64,000 nt of DNA, taken from assembly GCF_018350175.1 (NCBI RefSeq), contig NC_058383.1, forward strand, positions 21,082,001 through 21,146,000. The letters are read 5' to 3'. This DNA is from Felis catus. Taxonomy: Eukaryota. Below are positions 25,618-37,897 of this stretch, piece after piece. The position numbers were made by a program, and so were the translations under genes. The notes under the pieces were generated by a model. That model was given only the letters and a program-made list of their open reading frames with translations. It did no database searches and was not told the DNA's origin. Within the stretch, counting starts at the first letter, position 1; the number at the start of each line of letters is the position of its first letter.

Positions 25618-26052
25618 CTTTTTGTTTATTTATTTTGAGAGAGAAAAAGTGCATACGCATGTGCATGAGCGGGGGAAGGGCTGAGAGAGAGGGAGAGAGA
25701 AAATCCAAGCGGGCTCCACACTGTGGGTGCAGACCCCAACGCAGGACTCGATCTCACCAACCGTGAGATCATGGACTGAGCGGAAATTAAGAGTTGGACG
25801 TTTAACCAGCTGAGCCATCCAGGCGCCCCTGCACACTTAAAAAAAATTTTTTTTAACGTCTATTTTTGAGAGACTGAGAGACAGAGCATGAGCGGGGGAG
25901 GGGCAGAGAGAGGGAGACCCAGAATCCGAAGCAGGCTCCGGGCTCCGAGCTGTCAGCACAGAGCCTGACGCGGTGTTCGAACTCACCAGCCATGAGATCG
26001 TGACTTGAGCCGAAGTCAGATGCCTAAGGGACTGAGCCGCCCAGGCGCCCCC
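25618..26052 (-). mobile_element. Two tandem Can-SINEs (25618-25828, ~25839-26052)
   Basis: CTGCACACTT flank present three times (25607, 25829, 26058). Confidence 0.94.
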
Positions 26053-27364
26053 CGCCCCTGCACACTTTTTAAATGAATGGAAACACAGCAAAAACACTCA
26101 TCAACCCCTTGCTATTTTTGCTTAGAATACACTTTAGAGATCACCCCATCCAAGCCACAGACACATCAGTCCTTCCAAAGCTGCACGGTATTGAATCGTG
26201 TAAATGTGCCATACATAGGTCAGCTTCCCTATGGGTGATAGGCCCTTCAGTCAGTTCCACTCTCTAATTATTAAAGGTGTTGCCACGACAGGCAACGCAT
26301 AAGTCGTGGTGCCCGCATCTGCAACAACCGTGACGCAAATTCGCAAACAAAAAGAGCACACGCCAGGAGATGTGAAAGTACAAACTGCTTTAACAACAAC
26401 AACAACAACAAAAAGGTCTTTCTGGGGATGGTGGACCCCTGGGGTTGTGAACCACTCCACGTGGCTCTGGTGGGCGTCACTGGGGAGCAGCTGACTCCAA
26501 ACACAGGGCTGGCGTGACAGAAGAACTAGGCAGAAGAACTTGGGATGCTTTGGCGTTTTCAAACCCGTTGTTCGTATATAAACCCTCAGCGTGGCATTCA
26601 AGACCCGCGATCTGGTACATCATACAACGAGGTGAGTTAGGCCTTGCCTTACAAGCCAAACTCCTGCTTGGCAACTTGAACACAGAACCTAAGAGATGCC
26701 AAGATGAGCTCCAAGTATGGCTAACGTCCCCCGAGGCGTCTGGAGACACGGGACACAGGTACAGCCTGGCCTCAGCGGCAAATACAGCTAGAAATGTACT
26801 GCCAGGACTTGCCATCCTGTCTGGCTTTTCTCCATATTCCATCTTCCTAGCCTGGTTCCAAGCCACTAGCCACCCTCCACACATAATAGTCATTAGCCAC
26901 ATCCAAAAGGCAGAGGAACGGCTTTTAGCAACTGAAGAGGGACGCCCAACCAGAAGTAAAGTTGGAGATGCGGGGGTGCAGTCCTGTCTCCCTGCCTGGC
27001 CTCCCCCGTCCCCGCATGCGCACACTGGGTGAGGCACAAAGCTGAGTGCGGTCCCCCTGCAAAGCCCGGGCTCTGTCCCAAGGGGCCACCACTGCTGGTG
27101 GGGACACCACAGCTCTACTCCGCATCCCGGTGGGCAAGCGGACCCCGTATCGTAAGACTTTACGCAGTTTCCAGACAAATTAGAAATCCAGATTAGTGTG
27201 TGAAGCCTCTCGGTTTCGTACAATTTTGAAAATAATCCTTCCACAAATAAATCCTATGCAGGCTGAAAAAACACGTATGTCATCGGATGAGGTCCACGTG
27301 TCCTCAGATCCCTCTGCTTTAGGGGTACCCAGGCTGCTGACACACTGTTCCTTCCCCCTTCTGT

Positions 27365-27563
27365 TTCTTTTTTTCTAAGTTCTTTCTTTCTTTCTTTCTT
27401 TCTTTCTTTTGAGGGGGGAGGAGCAGAGAGAGCGGGAGAAAGAGAATCCCAAGCAGGCCCCGTGCTGTCAGCGTGGAGCCCTCTGCGGGGCTCGATCTCA
27501 CAAACCGGGAGATCAGAACCTGAGCCAAAATCAAGAGTCAGATACTGAGCCACCCAGGCCCCC
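27365..27563 (-). mobile_element. Can-SINE with (TTTC)n tail
   Basis: Antisense head, tail converted to a tetranucleotide repeat. Confidence 0.9.
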
Positions 27564-28976
27564 CTCCTCCCGCTTCTTCTCTAAACAAGTTCACCCCAGG
27601 GCTCAGCATCCACGCTGCCAACCCAAGCAATAGAAATACACAAAGGTCTCCGACTTACAGCTAAAACAGGGGCTGGAGAGCAAGCCCACTCTTGTTGAAA
27701 GGAATGTTCCGAAGGCTTCTCGGAGCCTCTGGTCCGGCGGCCTGAAGGAGGCGCACACATTAAGCCTTCTGAAGCCCTCACAGGACAACTTCTAACCGAA
27801 AGCTAAATTGTATAAGACCGGCTGGCCAGACGGGTGGGTTGGGCCATAAGAGCAAGCATCAGTCAGATCAACTGAAGAAAGATACATTGTTTCATCATCA
27901 CCACTACAGCCGCTTCCTGTCTGAGCCTGCTTGACCGTTTCCCACTTCCCAGGTGGTGTTCTTCCCTTGATCCTTTGAAATGAGTCATGTGTTCCTTCCT
28001 AAAGTACCTCAGAGGAAGAGCAGAAAATCTGGGGGCTCCTCACACCCCTCCTCCCCGTTCCCCTTTTGAGTGGGAAGTGCAAATTTGCTTCTCCTTGGAA
28101 CAGCCTCTTGTGCATATGGCATGTTCTTGGAGGAGGTGTGCCTGCACCTCAGGGAACTCGCTCGGGGCAGGGCTTGGCACCAGAAGATGGCCTTCCTCAT
28201 CAGAACCAGAGTCGTGGGGACGCAGCCCTTCAGGTCACCGGTCAACAGCCACCCAAATCTGGCTACCTTGCGTATGCAGGAAAACGAGAATGGATTTGGC
28301 TGCCTTTGGACGGATTCCTCGTTCCTATGTTGAAGTGTGAAACACTGAGAGAGATTTGAAGTTTTCCATGTTTGTTATATAAACCTTGCTGGAAAATCAA
28401 AAGCATCTGTCTGCCTTTCCCTCTCTGTTGGGAGCCCAGCACTATTCCGTTCTCTCTTGACATTATCACCCTGATTTCCTTCTGGAAAAATCACCTCTTC
28501 CCCACTAGCTTGGGGCTTAAGGACCATTTTTTTTTTCCAGATGCTCTGAGGCTGGGAATATTCTGTCATTCTTTCATTGGTTCCTTTCACAGCTATTCAC
28601 GGAGTGTCTACTTTGTTTCAAACACTGGCCTTAGTGCTGAAAACGCTGATAACTAATAGTGTCTTCTCTCTTATGACTTCGTGGGGACCAATCCAGCTTC
28701 CCTTGACGTAAGCTAGGCCGACGAGCTTCCTCTCTGGAATCAGGACCTTACACAGAATGGCACAATAGCTAAAATTGACCGGACTCACCTATTCCAGCTT
28801 GGCCCTTTGTGAGGTGCAGGGGGAGTCTCTGATTCTTGGACCTTCCAGAATCGCCCATATTTCTACCCACGGGAACTCCTGGGTGCCTACCTAGACTTGT
28901 GTCATACTTTTGAGCCTTCCCATCAATGCCACTAGCATCTAATATACTTCCATGAGACCACTCTCTTACGAGTGCT

Positions 28977-29200
28977 CGGGGGGGGGGGGGGGGGGGCGGG
29001 GCTCAGTCGGTTAAGCATCTGACTCTTGATTTCGGCTGAGGTCTGGATCGCCCAGTTCGTGAGATCAAGCCCTGCGTCGTGCTCTGCACGGACAGCACAG
29101 GGCCTGCCTGGGATTCTCTCTTCCTCTCTGCCCCTCCCCTGCTTGCGCACGCGCTCTCTCTCAAAATAAACAACGAAACTTGAAAAAATTGTTTTTAAAA
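28977..29200 (+). mobile_element. Can-SINE with poly-G 5' end
   Basis: G-run then GGCTCAGTCGGTTAAGCATCTGACTCTTGATTTCGGCT, CT tract, A-tail. Confidence 0.9.
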
Positions 29201-29583
29201 AACCCTTCTTTTGTTTCCGTGTACTGATGTTGGTTTTTATCGCTTGTGAGCAAAGGAGCCCCAGTGCTCTTTGGAGCTGCTTCTCAGCCTATCTCGCTGG
29301 TCACTCGGTTGGCGTGGGTCCACGATCTTACCAAAACCCGGAGGATTTTTTAAACCAGAGTTTTATAAAACCAACAAAACACGTAGTTGAAAAGAACTGA
29401 AGTCATGCTGTAGAAAACATTCACGGAATTTCACCTTCCTCTTTCTCCCTCTCTTCTCTCTTCAACCCCTGTTTCGTAATTGTTTTGTACGGAGCAGCTT
29501 GTCTTTGACGCTCTGTCTAGTGTGGCTTAAAGTGAGCCTTGAAGGGAATAGAAGTCTGAGATATGCCACAAAGGCAGCCTCTC

Positions 29584-29787
29584 TTTTTTTTCCCCCCTAA
29601 TGTTGATTTATTTCTGAGAGACAGAGACAGACAAAGCATGAGAGGGGGAGGGGCCGAGAGGGAGACCCAGAATCCAAAGCAGGCTCCAGGCTCTGAGCTG
29701 TCACCACAGAGGCCTGAACTCACAAACCGTGAGATCATGACCTGGGCTGAAGTAGGACGCTCAACCGGCCAGGCCACCGGGCACCCC
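29584..29787 (-). mobile_element. Can-SINE
   Basis: Antisense SINE; flanks GGCAGCCTCTC / GACGGCCTGTCTC. Confidence 0.9.
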
Positions 29788-31859
29788 GACGGCCTGTCTC
29801 TCTAAGCTGAACTCCTGCATGGCGGCAGAAAACATAAATTGTTTCGGTTATTTTCAGCGTCCAGGCTGACAATGCAAACGAAAAGACATAGCAATACACG
29901 ATGGTGGGAACCTACAAATGGGAGAGAGAGCACCTGCCCTCCCCGTGGCTGCTGCCACGTAGGAATGTGGGCCCGGGACCACCAGATCGCCCCACTTTTG
30001 AAAAAGAAGCTTTGAAATCTGGATCTGTGGGTGAAATCTACCAGTTTTTACATGTCGATTAAGTAAAAAGGAACGAATGCTTGAAGACCAAAGAAAACAT
30101 GTTCGCGGGCAGGTTTTAGCCTACGCACTACCAGCTTTCAGCTCTGGATCTTTCCTTACCTATTCTGCAATGCACCTTATGATAGACCAACTTGCTGTGC
30201 TTCTGGTCTATCATAGATAGATCATGGGTACTTTTAGCTTTATATTCTGGTACTTCCTTATTCCCTTGCCTTGTTTGGGATTGATGACCGTCTCCTACAT
30301 CAACTGCTTTATGGCGTTGCTCTAGGAATTGCCCGAGGCTCTAACCCCCGGGTGCCCTTGGCTTCATTCCAGGCCCAGGTAACAGTTGACCAGGCCTTCC
30401 AGCCTCCAGCCTCTGCTTGAATGCTCCCCGTGACAGGGAACTTAGTACCTGCCATCAGCCAAGTCCATGATATGAAGCCATAAATAGAAGGGATACGGAT
30501 TTGGGAGTCAAACATACAGGAGTTCATCCCAGCATTGTTTCTTAAGCCTGTGCAAGCCACAGTTTCATCTGCTAAATAAATACTTGTTTGGGGAATTGAA
30601 TGTGATAACACTGGAGAGCATCCAGTGCCTCTCACAGGGAGGAAGAGGATCAGAGTAGTAGTCTCCCTTCTCTTTGTGATTTCTTGTCCATTTGTCCTGG
30701 GGATGCATATGTCAAATTCCACTTTCACGCGATGGTCTTTCGAAATGAAGAACACTTTTCCAGACTCGGTAGAACAGGTTGTTTGAAGTGTGAAAGGAGC
30801 CCGTATGGGCACGCAGCCCAGTCACTTCTGCGATTCAGACAACACGAGGAGGTGTGTTTGCCGTCATGACAGAGAAGGCCTTCTGGAAGCCTGACTGAGG
30901 GACTGAGGACCCACCTGGGACCCCACAAGGGGTCACCCCAGGACGAGAGTGTCCGGGGAAAGGGTTTCGCTCAGCTACAAAGCTCCCCTTTGGGGTGAGG
31001 TAGGTGAGGTGGAAAAGGGTCTTTCCCAGCTCAGCGTGTGAGGTTTTAGGTCCAGCCCAGGCCTCCGGACGCACGCCTGACTCTCTAAGGAGAAGGTCGT
31101 GCAGTAAGACGCGAGTGAAAGGAAAACAAAGGCTCTTTTGGCCCTGGAAAACCCTGGGACCCAAGCAAGGCAGGATGGACGGCTTGCGAGCTCAAGAGCC
31201 AAACTGAACCGGACTGTGGGGGTGAGAGACCACACAGCTCTGCGCCCCCCCCCCACCTGCAGCAGACAGACCTCCCTCGGGACGACGGGGAGACCGGCTC
31301 CGCAATGCTTTACACACGGGAACTGCCATCATCGCTATTATTCGGTGTGATGGTGTGTGGCTTATAGCGTCTGTGACTTGACAATCAAGTAATGAGCTAT
31401 TGATGAGGGAAATGAACCTGATGACAGCCGAGGCTGGAGACCATTAACATATGAGCCTTTCCTGCTGGATGTTGTCACCCGGGACTCTTTGATCATAGCT
31501 AAATAATTCTAGCCGCGTTTATTGAGATGTTACTCTGTGCTGAGTGCTCGATGCGGATGATTTCATGCAAGGCTCACAACCCTCTGAGAAAAGTCTGTTA
31601 CTGTTCCGTTACCGGGAAGGGATGGGGGGCAGATGCAAACGAATACCAAGTCTTGGGAGATGGGGACGCGGGGCACGCTCGTCGCTGGACAGTTTATCAA
31701 GAGACACTGGTAGCAAAGTGGGGGAGCGCACACGTGGTCCCCTGAACTCTGGTTGTCCTCAGAGGAGAGGTGCTCAGGCTGGGCCGAAATGGGCTGGGAC
31801 AACAGTGGGTGCGGATTCCAGAGGGAGGGACGTACCTGTACGTGATGCTAGAGGAAGGG

Positions 31860-32030
31860 CAGGGTCCGTGCCCTCCAGACTTTCATGCACATGTCCATCG
31901 CCTGGGGCTCTAGTTAAAGATGCAGAATCTGATTCAGTAGGTCTGGGGCGAGGCCCGAGTTTCTGTATCTCTTAAAGTCCCCCGGGGAGATGCCAGGCTG
32001 CGGGTCCACAGATCGCTTTATGAATAGGGA
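31860..32030. mobile_element. MER5A-like relic
   Basis: CCTGGGGCTCTAGTTAAAGATGCAG...GATTCAGTAGGTCTGGGGCGAGGCCCGAG. Confidence 0.7.
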
Positions 32031-32649
32031 GGATCTAGGCAACTCAGTCATAGTGGGGCTCTGGGTTCGAGAACCCGCCTCGTCAGGAAGTGTAATTCTG
32101 CGTGGTTTCAGCGGGTACTTACCACTGAGCCAACAAACCTGCCGAGCCACCCAGAAGATACTGCAAACGGAAAGTGAGCAGCATCACGAGAGTAACAAAA
32201 TCCAATTTTTAGCGTTAATTTCATACGATGGCGGTACGTTTAATATGGTGGGAAATCGGCACCCATTAGGTGAACGGAATATAAATTGCGATAGCCAGGG
32301 GTCTTTTCAAGTTAGCAACACCCCTCCAATTTAGCACGAACTGACTTAGGTTCTTACTTACTCCCCTTGATTCAATAGCATCCTTCATCCGTTATGCCCG
32401 TCTCGCTAGGTTTCCCATTCGCCTGTGACAGTTGAAGGCATACGTGGCCGTTTTCGTGAAGACAAATCAAAATCTTGATTTCATAATAACATCAGAAGCT
32501 ACAGGTGTTCTCTCATGAAAATCACTTTCAACTGCAAAAAAAAAGAAGACCTTTGTTTTTCTTCCCGACAAGATAATCTAGACGATACAAGAACCAGAAG
32601 ATGGGAAGTTATGTCATTTTGTTGGCTAATTTTTTTAAACTAATTTTTT

Positions 32650-33830
32650 TTTAAGGTTGTGTTTTCCTTTCCCTCAAAACACTGTATTTTGACTTCTTAC
32701 TTCCTCGTGTGAGAATATAGGTGCTGATTTCAGTTCTGTTCCTGTTCCTGATTCCCGAGTTCTTCTGAATTGTTACTTTTACATGTCAGAACTACAAGAC
32801 TTACATTTCGTTCCCTACCGGTAATTAGTCCTCTAAGCTGTATCCGTAGGTTGATTCGGAAAATTGAAAATCAATAGTGATTTCATTATTATGACTGCTT
32901 AAATGTGGTTCACTGCACAGCCGTAGCTATGATTAAATGTTCTTTCTCATATGACTTTTTGCCTGGAGTTCCATTTTTTCGGAACTAATTACTTTAGACA
33001 TATTTTTAATTTTGTCCAACCACTTCTCCAGACTTAGGATTACACTGTCTCCCCGGAGAGTTCCTCCTGGGCTTTGCATGTCTGATCATGTCTCTATTCT
33101 CCCATCCTATTTATTGATACTTTAGTTATGTATTGAATCCTAAAATGATACGATTTTCCCTCAGAAAGGCAAGAGCTCGTGATATCTAGAGTTGCTGATA
33201 GATGGTTTGTTGCTGCCTTTGTTTTCATTTTGGACTTTTTTTCTCTCATTTTTGCTTTTAGGACTTTCTTTTTAACCTTAATGTTCTGACATTTGGTGGT
33301 CATGTGCTACGTATGTGTTTGTTTGTTTGTTTTATTCATTGTTCTGGGAACTGGGTGTACATTTTCAATATAAACACTAAGTCTTGCTGCTCTGGAAAAA
33401 CTGCCTCATTACTTCTTTGATACTTACTCCTGTCGTTTGGTCAGATGTTGGACGCGCCCGCATTGACCCTCTGGGTTTCTTTTCTCGTATTTTCCGCCTC
33501 TTTGTTTCCCTGTCCTACTTCTCAGAGGCTTCCCAGATCTGATTTAACAACTCTTCTATGGAATTATTTTCTATTCTGACAAATTGATCTTTGCTGTCTA
33601 GGAGGTATTTCTTGGGAGACGTTCCTTCCGCTTTCACGCTGTCCTCCTCTCGTTTTCCTGTTGCCACATTTTCTCACATCTCTCAGGGAACATCCACGCG
33701 CGTTTCAGTTCCCTCCTGTTCTTTGCATGACGTCTGTTTCCTCCAGAACTATGTTTTGCGTCTGTTCTCTTCGATGTCTCTCTTTCACGTTGGAGGGTCT
33801 CCCAGTAGAGGACCTTTGAATGTTCGTGCT
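32650..33830 (-). mobile_element. Ancient L1 ORF1-region fragment (antisense)
   Basis: T-rich; GTATTGAATCCTAAAATGAT, GTTGCTGATAGA, GTCAGATGTTGGAC motifs; minus frame KCQNIKVKKKVLKA resembles L1 ORF1p. Confidence 0.55.
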
Positions 33831-33847
33831 CAAGAACAAGTCAGTTA

Positions 33848-34102
33848 GAAGTCCAATCATATGTGGATCTGGAGAAACTTAACAGAAGACCACGGGGGAG
33901 GGGCAGGGGGACAAAAGTTACAGAGAGGGAAGGAGGCAAACCATAAGAGACTGTTAAAAACTGAGAATAAACTGGGGGTTGATGGGGGTGGGGGGCAGGG
34001 GAAAGTGGGTGATGGGCATTGAGGAGGGCACCAGTTGGGATGAGCACTGGGTGTTGTATGGAAACCAATCTGACAATAAATTATATTTAAAAAAAGAAGA
34101 AG
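33848..34102 (+). mobile_element. 5'-truncated carnivore/felid L1 3' end
   Basis: ATGTGGATCTGGAGAAACTTAACAGAAGACC...GGATGAGCACTGGGTGTTGTATGG...AATAAA, (GAA)n tail; TSD AAGAA(C/G)AAGTCAGTTA at 33832-33847 and 34103-34118. Confidence 0.92.
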
Positions 34103-34665
34103 AAGAAGAAGTCAGTTAAACCTGATGAGGGCCCCGTAGCATGGACAAGCCTTACTGATTTTGCCACTTTGCTCCAAGAGAGACCGGTTTGGGGAAACAA
34201 GTAAATCGTTCCCTGGTGAGCCCCTAAATGATAAAATGTAAAGGACGTTCTTCTGGAGACTTCCAGTTTCTCTGGAAGAAGATACTCCTCCTTTAAAAGT
34301 CTCGGCATAGTAGCCTGGCTTCCAAGAATTACGTCCTCCAGGGTGAAGTGGGTTTGACTGTTTCAAAAACAGACTTTGGATTAATCACCTTGTTGTGTGC
34401 CCCACGTGGTACTCCTACCCTCTTTTTCTGTAAATACGCTGGGCTGTGGCTTCCTGGATTCTGCTTCATCACTCTTCAATCATCTGTATCTTATCCATTT
34501 TCCAGAGATTTGGTGAACTCTTCCTTCTGATGACTCTTTTCATCTTCTCGTCATTGAGCATTTAGACATGATTTTCATTCCTACACTATCTTTTATGGAA
34601 CATATCAGTAGAGAGAGGGAACAAACTCATACAGTCAAGCAGTCACTTTCAACCAGAGGTCATTA

Positions 34666-34709
34666 TTTTTTTTGACTTTTTAAAGTTTATTTATTTTTGA
34701 GAGAGAGGG

Positions 34710-34744
<35 letters not shown>

Positions 34745-34903
34745 ACGAGCGGGGGAGGGGCAGAGAGAGAGGGAGACACAGAATCCGGCTCCAGGCTCCG
34801 AGGCACCAGCACAGGGCCTGACGCGGGGCTCGAACCCATGAACCGTGAGATTGTGACCTGAGCCGAAGTCGGACGCTCAACTGACTGAGCCCCCCGGGCG
34901 CGC
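34666..34903 (-). mobile_element. Can-SINE
   Basis: Perfect TSD CAACCAGAGGTCATTA at 34650-34665 and 34904-34919. Confidence 0.96.
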
Positions 34904-35571
34904 CAACCAGAGGTCATTACCATTACTTGGCATTAGAAATCCAATCCACTGACAGCAAGATCTGCTCATCCAGACCTTTAAAGATAATTTCTGCCTGTAA
35001 CTGGCACCAGTGATTATTCGGTGCCCGTGAAATTATAAACCACGTGCAAAGACAGTACTTGACCATAAATTTATGTTTCCAATAAGATGTTTTCACCTGT
35101 AAGTAAATAAGACATCTTGGCTCAATCTGTTTAAATGATAAGGAAACTTATTATCTCACACACCATTAGGTCAAGGGGAGGCAGGACCCACAGTAAGTAA
35201 AACCAGAACTCTGTTTCCATTACTCTGAGATTTCGTTGACTGCTCTTTTTCTGTATGTGGACTCGCATTAGCTTCCATCGTGGTGACAAGGTGGCTTTCT
35301 GCATGTACCTAAAGTGGTTTCCTTCCTTCCTTCAAGGAAGTTGACCTCGAGGCAACTAGGGAAAATGCTTTCCCATTTTTACATCTTGTAAATGAGACCG
35401 AGGGGAAATCCTTTCCCCTCACCATAAAATAAAAGGCCATCTCAGCAGTCCCATCCCTTTAAATCAACAGGAAACACTAGTTTACTAAAATCTGGGTTTC
35501 TGAAACAAACACTTGCAGGGGAAGTAGGGTTACCATGATTTGCACGAAGAAACCAGAATCTGTCTTTAAAC

Positions 35572-36025
35572 TTTTTTTTTTCAACGTTTATTTATTTTTG
35601 GGACAGAGAGAGACAGAGCATGAACGGGGGAGGGGCAGAGAGAGAGGGAGACACAGAATCTGAAACAGGCTCCAGTCTCTGAGCGGTCAGCCCAGAGCCC
35701 GACGCGGGGCTCGAACTCACGGACCGCGAGATCGTGACCTGGCTGAAGTCGGACGCTTAACCGACTGCGCCACCCAGGCGCCCCGAGAATACTTTTTTTT
35801 TTTTTAATTTTTTTTTTCAACGTTTATTTATTTTTGGGACAGAGAGAGACAGAGCATGAACAGGGGAGGGGCAGAGAGAGAGAGAGGGAGACACAGAATC
35901 GGAAACAGGCTCCAGGCTCTGAACCATGAGCCCAGAGCCTGACGCGGGGCTTGAACTCACGGACCGCGAGATCGTGACCTGAGCTGAAGTTGGACGCTTG
36001 ACCAACTGCGCCACCCCGGCACCCC
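35572..36025 (-). mobile_element. Head-to-tail dimer of young felid SINEC_Fc-type elements
   Basis: Two near-identical CpG-rich copies (35572-35784, 35793-36025); outer TSD AGAATCTGTCTTTA at 35555-35568 and 36027-36040. Confidence 0.95.
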
Positions 36026-36382
36026 TAGAATCTGTCTTTAGAAAGTGGGTTGAGTGGAGGATAGGAATATCTGGGAAAAAAAAAAGAAAAAAGATGAGGC
36101 TTTGAAAAAGATGAGTGGGGGAAAGGACACAGGTTGGGTAAACAATTGCGTCCACCACCGGTGGTCATGTCAACGATCTGAGACGTGTTTACGTTCTAAT
36201 TCTTATTAATGCCACACGATCACGCACCGTCGAAATGTCCCCGTGGAGACCGCTCAGGCACCTGACAACACATTCACTTCACCATTTCTCCAGGTGTGGG
36301 CCTCCCATCCATCACCCTCTCTATACTCTACAAGGAGATGCTCAGTTTTGTGCCCTTGGAGATGAAAGTTGCCTGGAGGGTC

Positions 36383-36599
36383 TTTTTTTTTTAATGTTTA
36401 TTTATTATTGAGAGACAGGGAGAGAAGGAGCGCAAGTGGGGAGGAGCAGAGAGAGAGAGGAAGACACAGAGATCCAAAGAAGACTCCAGGCTCTGAGCTG
36501 TCAGCACAGAGCCCAACGCGGAGCTCGAACCCACGAACCGCGAGATCGTGACCTGAGCCGAAGTCGGAAGCCCAGCCGACCGAGCCACCCAGGCGCCCC
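36383..36599 (-). mobile_element. Can-SINE
   Basis: Degenerate TSD TGCCTGGAGGGTCTT / TGCCCAGAGGATCTT. Confidence 0.93.
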
Positions 36600-37164
36600 T
36601 GCCCAGAGGATCTTAATTGCCAGTCCTGAGAAAAGGGTGCCCAGCTAAGGTGTCAAGTGGCCTTTGTGGGAGGTAAGGCTACCATGCTGTCCCCACCCCT
36701 GTGATGTTTGGAAAGGGATCACCATGGTTACCATTCTCCAGCCCCGCCATTCCTTCCTGTGGCCAAACCTCAATCTACAGCCCATGCTCAGTTCATGATC
36801 AGGCGGCCGCCCGCATCCTCTGCTCACTTTAATACTGTGTGTACAAGTAATTCATCTCCAAACGTGTTACAAAAGTGTCAGCTGCGCTGGGTCCGTCCAG
36901 GCAACATTAAACTTCAGTTAAAACGGGGATTTGCAAAGTGAGGGAACGGTATCTTTCCCGAGATGAGTTTCTCAGGCACTGAAGGCCTAAGTTTTATTAG
37001 TAAAATCGGAAAAATTATGTAGCTGGGGAAAACGGAGCAGGTTAAATTCAGGCAGCTTTGTTTTTATTTGTGTGTGCATTCCACGGACATTCCCGGATGT
37101 CTACTGTAAGGAAGGAGCTGGACGGGGCTCCCCATGACACTTGATGTTCCCCATAGCGTGGTGT

Positions 37165-37605
37165 CTTAAAAATTCCCCAGGACACAGCCTACTGAGAGGG
37201 AAGTTTGTGAGCAAGAGGTCTAGGAGAGGTGCTCTTAGAATTAATACCCATAAGGCAGTGAGTGCAGCGAATTGACAAACGGAAGAAGGTGTAGAGAATG
37301 CAGTTGTAGCAAAGGCCCGAGGTCACCCCACAGGGAGTCGTGGACGAGGGATGGTCTTCTATCCTTGTCCTGAATTAAAGCAAGGAGCTCAGGCGTCTGT
37401 ATCTCTACTTGACCTGCCAGTGGAATTTAGCTGGTCCTGAGGAAAGGTCATAACCTCAGGCAAGGCAGCTCCCCTACGCCCAGAAACTTCCTGCAGAGTG
37501 ACTCAGCAGTGAACAGTCAACAGTCAACACTCCCGGAAGCTGGGGAATGAATGCCTCTGTCCTGACTACCGGGAATCCCGGTAGTTCACCACTGCATCGG
37601 CTACA
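37165..37605 (-). mobile_element. ERVL LTR16-like relic
   Basis: TTCCCCAGGACACAG...TGAGAGGGAAGTTTGTGAGCAAG...GGTGCTCTTAG...GGCAAGGCAGCTCCC. Confidence 0.5.
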
Positions 37606-37671
37606 AGCAGCAGAGTTAAAAATGTCTAGCTTGACTCTGGTCGAGGGAGAATTAGAAGGTACCCATGTTGA

Positions 37672-37897
37672 GGGGGCGCCTGGGTGGCTCAGTCGGTGAA
37701 GCGTCCGACTTCGGCTCAGGTCGTGATCTCGCGGTCCGTGAGTTCGAGCCCCGCGTCGGGCTCTGGGCTGACGGCTCAGAGCCTGGAACCTGCTTCAGAT
37801 TCTGTGTCTCCCTCTCTCTCTGCCCCTCCCCCACCCATGCTCTGTCTCTCTCTGTCTCCCTCTTTCTCCCCAAAATAAATAAATGTTAAAAAAAAAA
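37672..37897 (+). mobile_element. Can-SINE, young
   Basis: CpG-rich complete copy; flanks AATTAGAAGGTACC / AATTAGAAGTTACC. Confidence 0.95.

Noticed and set aside
26477..27244. Longest ORF (255 aa, -) overlapping a 172-aa + ORF
   Set aside because: No recognisable domain, composition typical of chance GC-rich ORFs, and no convincing splice context. A donor at ~26632 lacks a good acceptor
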